A stretch of 63,362 bases of DNA, filler included, from Reticulomyxa filosa (lineage: Eukaryota; Protista; Foraminifera), in the NCBI GenBank assembly GCA_000512085.1. It is 18 parts of 18 records of this genome, joined end to end, with 100 filler letters (N's around TTAATTAATTAA, not from the genome) between each part and the next. Parts side by side here need not be neighbours in the genome. Positions count along the whole stretch, not along the records: positions 23,356 to 30,551 come from ASPP01007275.1; positions 30,652 to 33,764 come from ASPP01007601.1; positions 33,865 to 36,895 come from ASPP01050597.1; positions 36,996 to 37,999 come from ASPP01026125.1; 14 more parts are not named here. The stretch is one strand, 5' to 3'. A program made the position numbers and the translations under genes. The notes under the pieces were generated by a model. The model did not search any database. It saw nothing but the letters and a program-made list of their open reading frames with translations, and was not told the DNA's origin. Position 1 is the stretch's first letter; each line of letters starts with the position of its first letter. Of the stretch, positions 25,773 to 38,099 are shown piece after piece.

Positions 25773-27053
25773 ATGCTTTGCAGAGATGATGAATTTGAGA
25801 ATTTGCATTTGCTATTCGATGTTTCTATTGATAGAGATGCAGAACGCCGGAAGAAAAGAGTGTTTGAATCATTTGTGTATTGCCCCACACAACTGAAAGA
25901 AGGGAAGTGCACAAGAGGGAAAGAGTGTCCTCATCGCCACAGTCGAGGAGAGAAATCAATAGTATGCAAGCACTGGCTGCGTGGACTATGTAAGAAGGAT
26001 GATAACTGTGAATTTTTGCACATGTACGACATGTCAAAGCTGCCTCCTTGTCATTTTTTCAACACATTTGGACAATGTAAAAATCCGGAATGTTTATTTT
26101 TGCATTTACGAGAAGACGAAATGATCAAAGAATGTCCCTGGTATGCACGTGGATTCTGCAAACATGGACCCAATTGCAGAAATAAGCACGTACGAAGAAT
26201 CGTATGTGACAATTACTATGAAAAAGGTTTTTGTCGTGATGGGCCGAATTGTCCATTTGGTCACCCCAAATATGAGTTACCTACTATGTCCAATACAACA
26301 ACGTTATTGCCACCCTTTTGCACTTTAGTTAACTTTTTTTTTTGACCCCTTTCTCCCCCCCCTCCTTTCCAATGAACCTTCATATATTCTACCTATTTGT
26401 TCTATTCTTCATTTTTTTTTTATAATAACATATACATATGTATATACATACATAGATATATGCTAATATTGTTATGACATTATTGAAAAATGAGTGGGTT
26501 TTTTTTTTTTCAGTGTGGTAGCACCGGTCACAAGGCTATAAGCTGCATGTATGCACAACAATTTCAATCTCATCGACAGCAAAACCGGGAACGCGACAGG
26601 AACAGAGGAAGGGACCGGGAACGCGATAGGGACCGAGACCGAGACCGAGACAGAGACCGCGATCGTGATCGCGACCGTGACCGCGACAGAGATCGAGAAC
26701 GTGATAGAGATAGCGCTATGCATTCTAACGAAGGGGTAATGATTGTGCAAAGAGGACCCAATAGCCAAGGTGTCATCGATTCTGATTATAACGCCTTGCA
26801 CTTGCTCCCTCAATCTCCTTTAACTTCGTCCATGCGACAAAAGCCTTTGCAACAAGTCACTTGTTTCAAATGTGGTGAAAAAGGACATTATGCCAATGCA
26901 GTTTTTTATTTATATATTTGTCTTTTCTTTTTTTGTTTTCCTCTTATACTTTGTACTTGCAAGATTGAACATCAATGTTGTTTTTTTGATTAACAGTGCA
27001 CAAATGAAAGGAGACCCCCACCCCCAGGAGGTTGGGGCAGAATGAGAAAATAA
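25773..27053 (+). CDS. CPSF4: Cleavage and polyadenylation specificity factor 30 kDa subunit (CPSF30/Yth1)
   Basis: Five CCCH fingers including VCKHWLRGLCKK.D.CEFLH.YD and CPWYARGFCKHGPNC. Two CCHC knuckles, including VTCFKCGEKGHYANAC across an intron. Confidence 0.93.
26588..26712 (+). repeat. Arg-Asp dipeptide repeat inside CPSF30
   Basis: RERDRNRGRDRERDRDRDRD... encoded with mixed codons. Confidence 0.9.
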
Positions 27054-27874
27054 ACAAAACAAAAATACTTTGTTTTTTTTGTTAGTTTTTTTAATAATGT
27101 TTTAATGATATAACACAAAAACCAATCTTTTTGATTCTTGCAATTTACGATTTCCTTCAACTTATATTCTCTTTACTAGGTTATGCAGAGATAATTACAA
27201 TTTCTGTCGACAATTTTTTTTACTAATCAGAAAAGAGTAACGATAAAAGTATTTAAACACATAATATTTTTCCAATAGCAACAGAATTCCATTGTATTAT
27301 TTTATAAAAAATAAACACTTGTAAATAACAAAAGGGTTGTTAAAAATTTCTAAAAAAAAGAAGCAATATTGATGTTTAGTACTATCTCACGGGAGTACAA
27401 AAATGGTGATTGCACAAACTTGTCGGGATGAGTCATTTCTGGTCACGGGTGGTTTTGGGATGGGAATTGGTTGGGAATGGCTCCGCTTTGATTTGGCAAT
27501 TATTATTACTCTTTTTTTTAAATTAAAAATATCATACATTTGCTAAATTTTTTATTTTCCATTATCAGAAAAACTAATAACTGAAAAAGAAAAATTTTGT
27601 TACAAATTTCATTTTGACAAAGAAAAAAAAACACAGATTAGTGCAGAATAAAAAGTAAGTTTTGAATTTGAACTTTGGACTTGTGTGTTCACTTGAAGGT
27701 GCAAGATTTATTTATACAGTTATTGTTTTGTTGCATAAAATAACCCTTTAATAAAAACCAACAAGTAAGTAACTTATTTATCTGAAAGAAGGGCTAATTT
27801 TCGTGGTTTGGCGATCCATTATTAAAATAAGTATTCACGTTTGCTGTAAAGTAGAGATGCAACAATAGCAATGG

Positions 27875-29426
27875 CTAAGGCCGAGATTCTATTGCATTGG
27901 CGGTGAGCTTAGGCGCTCTAAACTTTTTCCTTTGTTTCAATACATCAAAGATGTCAATTCCAACAGTATGTTGCTTTACTTGTAGCTCTTGAACCCATTG
28001 AGGCAGATGATTACGTGTCGGAAACAGATCGATCCAGAACGTAGTGCCATTACCAGTAGTGGCATTAAACACGGTTACAGTGCCACTTGCAAACTCACGA
28101 ATATAAGTATCTCCTACCTTGACGGCGTCAGAAACCGGAGGACCTAACGCATAATCATACTCAGGGTACCAACCTATACGTTGCATATATACATATATAT
28201 GTATGTATACATATACGTATATATAATATATATATTATATATATGTATATACAGACAAAGCAATGAAAAATGGAACACACCAACATTGGGAGTGACATAA
28301 TAATGTTCGCTACATTGGAACCAACAGTATTGATCCACTCCGATTAGAAAGGTAGCTAAAACGCTTTCAAAGCCGATGCCTTGACAGCCAAATTGATACC
28401 CTCCATGCACTTTCACGGCTAGTCGCGTGGGATCCCCGTTTCTGTATTGCACGGTGTCGATCAAAGCCAGCAAAGCGTCCTCCGTCGGTTCGAACCCTTC
28501 CAACGTTATGCCATAGACGCCAGGCAAAGGCGACCCAAAATTCATAAACAGCACCGACAAATTGGACGCATTCAGATACGATTGCAAATACGTCATCCCT
28601 GTCAACTTGCGATTCAAATAGTATATTTGCGTGGTATAGTTCAACTGATTCACGCCGCCAATTGTCAATTGCCAAACACGATCCGCATCACATCCATCAA
28701 AATATCCTATATATATGTATTATATATGTACATATATATATGTATACGTTTTGAGTTAACATTATGTTTTTTTATTTTTTTCCATTGATATATTTGTTTC
28801 ACGACATCAACCTGTTTTGGTCATATTGATACACTCCGACATCCAAAAATTCATGCAATCCTTTTGCGACATGTCGAATGCTAACATACTTTCGTACCCG
28901 GGAAATGTTGGATCACCGGACATGTGCACCACATCTTGTGTATAATTTCGCATCCACCACTTTGAATGGTTCAGAAATTTCTTTTTTTTTTTTTTTGTGT
29001 TTCCCGTTTCAGAAATAAGTTCATTTTTATTTTTTAAAAAAGTTCAAAAAAAAAAAAAAGTTCACACACGATTTAAATCTTAACGTAATGCATTCGATAC
29101 ATCTCCCAGTCCAACACCGAGTTCCAATAAAAAAATACTTTTATATCCGGATTCGCTGCTTTCAGCTGCTGTGCCGCTTGGAGCATGTAGTCTTCGGCAT
29201 AGTATCCTGGAATCGTCCCGTTTTCTCCTTGTCCTTTTTCTATTGTCACAAACGAATATCTTGCCAATATTTCCACGGTCGTTTCGTTGAACGCTCCGGA
29301 CGCATTGCAGCCCTGCCAAAATACTGGCACTCGAGCCCAACTAAAACTAGGAAAATTTACTGCGCTTTGCGCTAATCTAAACCAAAGAAATGAGAGAAAT
29401 AAAAGCATAATCTTTTTTGAGGTCAT
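27875..29426 (-). CDS. Secreted putative glycoside hydrolase (GHL15-like TIM barrel), multi-exon
   Basis: Signal peptide followed by FSWARVPVF...LARYSFVTIEKGQG...AAQQLKAANPDIKVFFYWN...PEYDYALGPP...IREFASGT. Family assignment is from recalled motif resemblance. Confidence 0.6.
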
Positions 29427-30248
29427 TCAACACCCTTTCAACTCCTTACTGATAAAAACTGATCAAATGCCCAACAGAGAGAATACTTGCTTTATTGTGA
29501 CTCATTATATTTGTAAAGCAGCAACATTAAAACACTTTGCATCACCTTTTTGTAGCAATATAGATTTATCAAAGAATAAAACAAAGAAAAGAAATTTTGA
29601 TGTTGATACAAGGACCAGCCCTTTGATAAGGAAGATATTGTCAACAAATTTTTTTTTTTGTCCCTTTTTCTTTTCTTTTGTTACTTTTGTCGGATTGGCC
29701 AGAGTTCCTTACACTGATTTCAGGCAAATAAATAGAATGCAGGCAATTTTAAACCCAAAACTTACTCATTTTTCTGCGATGACGGTTGAAAGTACTTACA
29801 AGACAGAAACCACAAAAAAAAGAGAGCATATTTTTTGTTTTTGCGTCAAAAAATTTTTTCAATCTGTTAGTCGGGACAGCTACTTCTTAGATTGTAATGG
29901 CCACTGTTATGGCGATATCATAAGCAAGAGGATAAGAGTTCAAATGAGTAATCTATTTTTTGGAATTAGCATTATTTTAAAAAAGAAATAAATCAACAAG
30001 AAAAGATCAAATGTTAGCACGTCTAAATTTGCCTTTTTGTTTTCTTCATTTCTTCGTAATACTACTTTGAGAAAAAAAGAGATAAATTTAATGAATAGAT
30101 ATCGGCAATAATCTCGATAACAAACGTTTTGTGTCAAATGAAAAATGTCAATCTTTTTTTTTTTTGGCAATCATTGTGTGAAGCGTTCACTAAATTGGAG
30201 AACAACGAAAGTGACTCCTTTTTTTTTTTTTTTTAGGTTTGAGAAAAC

Positions 30249-30503
30249 ATGTTTGCAAGAGGCCGAGGCCGAGGGAGAGGCCGAGGGAGAGGACGAGGAC
30301 AAGGTCAAGGGAGAGGACAAGGACGAGGTCGAGGACAAGAGACGCAACACATAAGAGGATGGAGAAGTGGCGGACGAGCAAATCGAGGTGCGAGAGCGAC
30401 AAATAGGGGTGCCACGGGTGCTGCAAGAAACAATGCACCTATAACCACAAACTATTTTCCTGTTAAAATTCATGATATGAAAATTACACAATACAAACTA
30501 GTG
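30249..30503 (+). CDS. Argonaute/PIWI protein, first coding exon (truncated by contig end)
   Basis: RG/GQ-repeat N-terminus, then PITTNYFPVKIHDMKITQYKL (ArgoN TNYF...QY motif), followed by a GTAAGT donor at 30504. Confidence 0.7.
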
Positions 30504-30518
30504 GTAAGTCACATTGTC

Positions 30519-30551
<33 letters not shown>

Positions 30552-30942
30552 NNNNNNNNNNNNNNNNNNNNNNNNNNNNNNNNNNNNNNNNNNNNTTAAT
30601 TAATTAANNNNNNNNNNNNNNNNNNNNNNNNNNNNNNNNNNNNNNNNNNNNTAGTATATTAAAAAAAAAAATTAGGTCTAAATGTTTACTTGACACTTAA
30701 ATAAATATTATGGACTTTCAATGCATTGGTATTTATGTGTTGAGATTGCTCAATTTGTATATGGTGTTATTTATGTATGAAATCGATTATGTTTATAAAG
30801 CATCATTTTATGTTTTTTTAAAATTCGTTTTGCAAATTTTTTTATTTGTTTTGAATTTTTATTGCTTTTTATTGTATTTCTGTTTTGATGTTATTGCAAT
30901 TTAAAATTTTTTTTGCCAAAAGAAAAAACTGGGGTTTCCACA

Positions 30943-33720
30943 ATGTCCAATCTTGATAATATTTCAGAAGATGGAAATGATTCTACAGATGTCAATTCAG
31001 GCAATAGACGAAGTGTTAAAGCCAAAACAGCAACAATTGGGCAAAAATTTCGAATTTACTCGGAAAGCTATAAAAAATGGTTTGTTGGGACAGTGAAGGA
31101 ATATGACAGTAATGCAGAAGTGTCATCAGTATTATACGATAAAAATGAGCACATGGATGATCAACTATTGTCTTTTATTCCGAACCAACGGGTGAATGTG
31201 AACTTATTGAACCATAAAATAGAATGGATAGAGCCGAAGGTAACAACACTAAGCAAATATTGTTATAATTTTTTTTTTTGAAGACATGGTTTGCCTCCCT
31301 CTCTTGCGTGTGTATACGTGTGAAAGGAAGCCTATTGCGTGGTATGTGGTTCTTCGGACTTTGACGGCTTATACTTGTGCAACGACCCGTCGCACGGTGA
31401 TGAAACAGTAGCATACCACAGCAAATGTTTGCGAGCAGAATTAGGTCACCCAATTCCGACGCCAAGCAACGGGGACACTTGGATTTGTCCGCAGCACAAA
31501 TTGGACATTCAGCTCCCTTCTCTGCCAACACAAACAACATTTCAGCGGCCAAGTAATTTTTTTTTTTTTTTTTTTAAGAATCCCCAAACCCAAGGACCCC
31601 TTTTTTTTTTAAAAAAAAAAATTTTTTTAATTTTTTTTTTTTGAAGTTGCGTTTTTCCTTTTTTTTTTTTAAAAAAAAATTAAAATAAAAACAAAAAAAT
31701 TTTTTTAAAAAAAAAGAAGCACTACAAGAGTTGTCATCACAGACAAATGCAACGACAACAAACAAGCCATCGCTTGGAAAGACGATTTCCACGGCACCAG
31801 CGCCACTGGTAACAAGCTTAAGCAAAAGTCAATCGGTAAATGCGTCCCCAGCCAAGCTGGACCCACTGTCGTTGCGAAGACGGACGACGGGATCGAGATT
31901 GGAGGGCAGCGAACTGCCGTCGGCGTCGCCAAGCGCGGAAAAGTCCAATGCGCCACGGCCCTTGCTCGGCTTCCAAGAAGAAGAGGACTTGGACGAGATC
32001 AGCGACAAAGACCTAACCAAGATTCCATTCAAGTCTAATCGAATGGCAAGCACTCCCACGACTACCTCCACTGTCACCACAATGCCCATCTCGTCCTCCT
32101 CCTCTTCCGTTGCTAATACGATGAGATCAGCTCCAACCGGTGCATCTCCAAAAGTGTTATCAGCAGCGGCAGTGACAACAAATATGGCATCAAATGCAGT
32201 AACAGGGATCTCTTCCAATGCAGCTGCGTCCAACATGGCTGGAGGTCGTTTTGTCAGTGCGACGACATTGAGCACAGGAATGGGTGTAACAGGGACGAGT
32301 GCATCATCATCATCATCATTATCATCATCGGCAACAGCAAGGAATGATGACTTAATAAACGAAGACAAACAATCGCAATTACATGGGCGTCGCGGCAACA
32401 GCAGCAATAGCAGTGGTGGTAGTAGTAACAATAATAACAGTAATAATAATAATAACAATAGTAACAATAGTAACAATAGTAACAATAGTAACAATAGTAA
32501 CAATAATAATAATAATAATAATAACAATGGCAACAACAGAGAGAATGCATTTGTGATTGACTCGCAAGTATTTCACCCGTTATATGAACAGGTGTTCCAA
32601 ACACAAAAGCTGAGACGACAGATCAGTGCAATGGCGATGAATGTGAACAACACAGGAAGTGGAAGCGACGTGGTGGCCAGCGGCGGGGGGACGGCGGTGG
32701 GTCGTGTGTTTTCCGAATTGCCGATGGGCAAAAAAGTCGTGTATCCTTGCCACATCCGCTGTCAGGCCTGTCAGACTGCAAATGTGTCGTGCAACGGCCG
32801 CAAGCCATGCGAGTATTGCATCGTCCACGCTTTTGCGCAACACATGTGTCGCGCCGGTGGCAAAGGGGGCACTGTCCACGACTGGCTGTCCATTAGTCGA
32901 AGTGAGCTCGAAAGGCTGCTCTTGTTCAATCGTGACGAACAGGCGTCCGGCTTTGTCCATGTGGAAACCGTTCTTGACGAAGCCCTGAAAACGTGCGAAA
33001 ATCGAAAGCCGCTCTTTGAAGAACTCGCTCATGATCACATTTTGGAGGAATGGTTCCGTGCTACTGACCCCGAGCTCTATCGTCAAATTATGCAACATAA
33101 TGAACCGCTCTTGGACAATTCACATGCATACGAGCGAAAGAGAAAGCGGACTGCTATGCTTGCCGAACAAGAAGAAGATACCGTCGTCGATCCGTCAATG
33201 TCCTCGTCGTCTTTTTCTGCAGAACACAAAGAAGTCCCACCGGCCAAACGACAAAAGACAAAAGAATGGATTGATCTAAAATTTGAGCCAAAGATACCTG
33301 TGGTTCCAGTTTGGATTTTTTTTTTTTTTTTTTTACGATACGTATGAAAGTAATTATATCTGGGAATCAAACACACAAAAAAAAAAAAAAAAACGGTGAA
33401 ACTACGCGGACAGTACCAATGCAAAACTTGCTTGCAATGGTTTGCACATCGCCATAACCTTAAAATGCATTTGTCTTGGGCTCATCAACGACTGTTCACT
33501 AACAAGGACGAATTTGACAGCAAAAAGTGGAAGGTCATTGACCATTTACCGCTTAAGTGTGAAGGCCTAACCTATCGTTGTCCATTTGCTGGGTGCATTC
33601 GGGGAGCGAATGACGAAACCGAAATCGATGATCATATTTTGAGACATCACGATATTAGTGATCCTGTGGCTCCACCTCCACAGGTCAAAATGAAACCTCT
33701 TTTCATATATCGGACGTATC
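30943..33720 (+). CDS. Multidomain chromatin/transcription protein: Tudor-like, PHD, Zn(II)2Cys6 cluster and two C2H2 fingers; 3'-truncated
   Basis: IGQKFRIYSESYKKWFVGTVKEYD...VLYD; CVVCGSS...LYLC...AYHSKC...WICPQH; RCQACQTANVSCNGRKPCEYC; YQCKTCLQWFAHRHNLKMHLSWAH; YRCPFAGC...HILRHH. Confidence 0.75.
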
Positions 33721-33727
33721 CTAAAAA

Positions 33728-33764
<37 letters not shown>

Positions 33765-33864
33765 NNNNNNNNNNNNNNNNNNNNNNNNNNNNNNNNNNNN
33801 NNNNNNNNTTAATTAATTAANNNNNNNNNNNNNNNNNNNNNNNNNNNNNNNNNNNNNNNNNNNN

Positions 33865-35504
33865 TATGTCGCAATGAAAGGCAAACACCACCTTTCAAAC
33901 AACTCTTTGGAAATTATTTGTGCCTATTTATTTGAGAAATTGAAAATGACACATCAACCAATCAATACTCCAATTTTTGCATTTGATATCATTCGAGATT
34001 TTTTTACATTAGTAATTGAAAATGAAAAGGAAAAGAAGTTAAGGATGATTGAATGGCCTTATCATAAAAATAAATTTCAATGTTTGGTGGACCCAAAGTC
34101 TATCGATCAGTATAAAGCAAATCCTAATTTGAAGGGAATTGCTACTTTGGATAATCTCATTATGCGTTAAAAAAAAAAAGGGAAAACGAAGAAAAAAAGA
34201 GTGCTAAAATGGAGTGAAAAAGGGGATGTAAATGTGATGTATGCTTATGTTAGGAAATGTGGAAAGGAAATTCAAGCATTGGATAGATCTATTTGATGCA
34301 TGTGAAGGTTCATTGGAAATTATTAACAATGGAAAAATAACTCAATTTATTGAATTCATTTTGAGCTCTTCTGGTTTGCTTCTTTTTTTTTATTTAAAGT
34401 CTTTTTAAAAAAGTGACGGCACCATAAATCACAATTCAACAAAAACAAAAGAAAAGACAATAGAAAGTAAAGTGAGTGCTGAAGAAATTTTATTTTTGGC
34501 AAATCGTAATGCAAGAGAGAAAGACTTTAAGGTTGACAGATCTGAAGATATAGCAAAGAAGCTTGTTGAACAATGTTTTTATAATTTGGAAAATAAACAA
34601 CTACCTCTGATGATGAGTCAAATAATTAACAAATGTGAAGAATTGTATACATCCTATCGGTTGGATATGTGCTTCCTGGCCACATGTTGGAATACAGTTA
34701 AAACACGAGTAGAAAGGGTTACTCGTTCAAAATTCGGATTCAAGAGTGATTATGTTTGGAAAGGGGAAGAAAAGCCTTCTGCTGCACTTGATGCGTTTGT
34801 AGAGTCAATAGCATATAGAAACACTGAAAGAGAAGAGGAATATTATTCATATTCCTCTTCTTCTGCTCCCGATGATGAGGACAGCAATGACGACGAATCT
34901 AAAGGTATATTTTATTATTTGTCTATTGAATATTGAAATTTATGTAAATAAAAGATTTCCAGAAAGATGGTCTGAAAATATTATAATTTTGTGTGTCAAA
35001 CAAGTATCATCCGCAGGTGCTACACATGGAGAAAATCAAGCAAAAAAACAAAAACAGTCAACTGTATCAGACCCACTTCGTCCTGATTCACAACTCAATC
35101 AAACAGAAATTCCTACGCGTGGAAGGAAGCAAGTAAAAACTCAAAAATTTGTATTAGACCCACCTAGTCCTGGTTCGTCAAGTGATGACGATGAAAAAAC
35201 AGAAGCAAAGAAACAAGACACAGTTGTGGATATGACAGCGTGCATCATTGAAAATGAATTTAATAAGAGATGGTTCACTGCTTCTGAATTTTATTCTGTT
35301 TTTTCCAAATTATATTTAGATCGAGTGTCTTCTGATTGTCCAAAAGATTTGTTTACTTGTGAAAGAATTATGCGCACTGCCAGACATCCCAACTCCAAAT
35401 TCAAAATGTTTCACAGAAAAAAGAAAACTAATGGGCGTGTTATAAATGTTTACTACTTTTATTGTTTTCCTATTCAACAATGTCAAGTTTGCAATACCTA
35501 TTAA
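33865..35504 (+). CDS. Hypothetical protein, four exons that join in frame, C-terminal CxxC
   Basis: Introns at about 34167-34253, 34374-34463 and 34905-35017 splice into a continuous frame ending ...YCFPIQQCQVCNTY. Confidence 0.65.
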
Positions 35505-36519
35505 ATTTAGATCTAATCCTTTTTTTAAACTAATCCTTCTTTTAACGATTACCATTTCCGACTTCGTTCGAATTATAAATTTCCCATTTCAACACCAAGT
35601 CTCTTTTAAAGTGTAAGCAAGTTCCTACTGTAATTAATTAATTTCGTTTTACTGGAACAAAGTTATTTTTGTTAGGGAACGCGTTGAATATTCCCTTTTC
35701 CAAAACTTTTCAAGCATTTACTTGGTTCCATTCTTCTATACTTGTCTAGTAAACTGTTCACAAAATCATTGGCAAGTTTATAGTGTGCGCTAATGTCATC
35801 AAGTGGGACTATTTTTTGAATTTCGTGTTCCAAGAACGCTTGGAGTTTGTTGTCTTCTTTCGAAAGATTTTTATTCATTTGAAAGGAAAGAGCAACTCTT
35901 GGCAGGTGTATACAAAAAGTCCAAGTTTTAAAGATCCAGAAAATGTAGAAAATATCTTTTGCCATACAACACATATTACTATTTTGATTTTGGGGGTTTT
36001 ATCGTCCTTTTGTTATTAATCATGTCCCTTAAAAAATTTGTAATGATATCATAAAACATCATTGCCTTTTGAAATATATTTAAATTGGGGAATCTTTTTC
36101 AGACTTTTGCATAAGAGAAAGGACGGCCCTTGAGATGTCCTCATATGTTTTTGTTAAAAAAATTTTCATAATGAACTTTTCAATTTTTTCACAAAATCTG
36201 AACAAAACTGGTACAAAAAGCACGTTTGAGCTCTTCAGGTTTGGAACAATATAAAATGTTAAGTATTTACAGAAGAGGGTTTAGAAGATTGAGGTCAACT
36301 TTGTGTTCATTTTTATCAATTGTTAAATTTTCTGTTTACACTTTGCTTGTAATATAAATAGGACAAAATTTGCTAAATTATGTAAACAACAAAAACGTGG
36401 TTAATTGAATACGCTAGCATCTTATAAAGTATTAAATGAAAAACAAATTAGTGCTAGTCTTTACAATATTCTTGCGCAATCAAAAAGACAAAAGAAAGAG
36501 ACTGAATATTTTGGCTTTG

Positions 36520-36680
36520 AAATTTGCCAAAGCAAAACTAGTCTCAAATGGATGTCCTTTGCAAACGTTACACATTTAGATTGGAAAACAGTAATAATAA
36601 TATGTGCTGACGACGCGTCCATGTTCTCTTTTATGTGAAACATTTTAAATTTTGAGTTGGGATGCTTGATTCTATATAGT
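36520..36680 (-). pseudogene. Decayed inverted paralog of the 3' end of the 33865-35504 gene
   Basis: HPNSKFKMFHIK/HGRVVSTYYYCFPI*MCNVC compared with HPNSKFKMFHRK...NGRVINVYYFYCFPIQQCQVC. Confidence 0.75.
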
Positions 36681-36693
36681 TGTAACAATTCTA

Positions 36694-36895
36694 CAGTAGG
36701 TTGCAAAGAAAACTGAGCGCATAAAACGATATCCTATGATGATAATTGATTTTCTCCATAAAAATAAACATTTAGACCTAATTTTTTTTTATTTAAAAAA
36801 AAATATCTACAAATCTTGTAGTTTTTATATTTTAATTTTTTTTTTTTTGTTGTGATATTTTTAATTGTTTTTTGATATTTTTTATTTTGAAGTTT
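36694..36895 (+). mobile_element. Tc1-like element terminus (TIR), truncated by contig end
   Basis: TA|CAGTAGGTTGCAAAGAAAACTGAGCGCATAAAACGATATC...GATAATTGATTTT aligns with the TIRs at 41583, 43423 and 51990. Confidence 0.8.
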
Positions 36896-36995
36896 NNNNN
36901 NNNNNNNNNNNNNNNNNNNNNNNNNNNNNNNNNNNNNNNTTAATTAATTAANNNNNNNNNNNNNNNNNNNNNNNNNNNNNNNNNNNNNNNNNNNN

Positions 36996-37999
36996 ATTAT
37001 TAGTCATAAGCTTTGTTACACAATGTCCATTTAATTTAATATTATTCGGATAAGAACAAATATGTTTATATTTACGTTTAATTGTGTGATATGAATAGCA
37101 TTCATTATTACAATAATCACCAAATATCAATATTTCATGATTATGAACTACGCATTGACTTTGATAAAGTGGAATAGGTAAAGAAGGCAAAATAGAAAAA
37201 GATATATTATTATCTTTTTCGACAAAAGGTAAGCCATTGTTAACTGTAGATAAAATTAATTTTTCAATGGCATTTTGTTTCTTTAGAAAACCTTTTTCAA
37301 TAAGAAACATATAAAATAGATTGACATTATGATTACAGCAACGCCTTTCTATAAAATTATGCTTTTCTTCATTATATTTTTGTTCGTTATTATCTTTTAA
37401 TTTCCATTCTTCAAATTCAGAAAACAATACGACTGTTTTATCTATATCTTCTCCATTACAATATTCAAGTGCAGAATAAATAATGTTTAAATCAGTAGGT
37501 TGATCTAATATCGCACTAATTTTCAAAGTTTGTTGATAAATTGATCATATCTTGCCCATGTCAATAATATCATTTGTGTATATTCATCTTCACTCTCTAC
37601 TTTTGCATTCCATGCATTTTGTTCTTTATGTGTCTTTTCATCAAAAACATGACTTATTACAGACCTTGCAAACAAAATTTCACGTTCATGTTTGAATGGA
37701 GATATCCATGATACATCACAACTAAATATCATTTGTGCTCTTCTCATAGAAGGATGAAAATGTAAAATACATCCTTGAGAACATCTATACATTTGTGCAA
37801 CTTGAATATCATCAGAAGTACTTACATGGTTTATGAAAAATCCTGATTTTATTTCTTTAATATTCTCTAATCTCACATCCTTCAATCCATAATATAACTC
37901 AATGTTACTTTCTTCTCTTCTTTCATGCTTGTGAAGTATCATAATAGCCTCACACAAACAAAAATCCAAATAAGGCCAATTATGATGTCTAAATTGTAT
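36996..37999 (-). CDS. ADP-ribosyltransferase-like (R-S-E clade) domain fused to Kelch repeats; frameshift near 37535; truncated at both ends
   Basis: LYYGL...HVSTSDDIQVAQMY...DVSWISPFKHEREILF, then LPSLPIPLYQSQCVVHNHEILIFG...CYSYH (Kelch blade). Confidence 0.75.
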
Positions 38000-38099
38000 N
38001 NNNNNNNNNNNNNNNNNNNNNNNNNNNNNNNNNNNNNNNNNNNTTAATTAATTAANNNNNNNNNNNNNNNNNNNNNNNNNNNNNNNNNNNNNNNNNNNN

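Noticed and set aside
29287-29991. 234-aa plus-strand ORF
   Set aside because: It overlaps the GHL15-like 5' end on the opposite strand and runs through AT-rich intergenic DNA with no protein-like features.
31829-32604. Poly-Leu, poly-Ile and poly-Tyr/Cys ORFs (also near 2730 and 19069)
   Set aside because: They are alternative-frame readings of (AAT)n/(AAC)n poly-Asn tracts.
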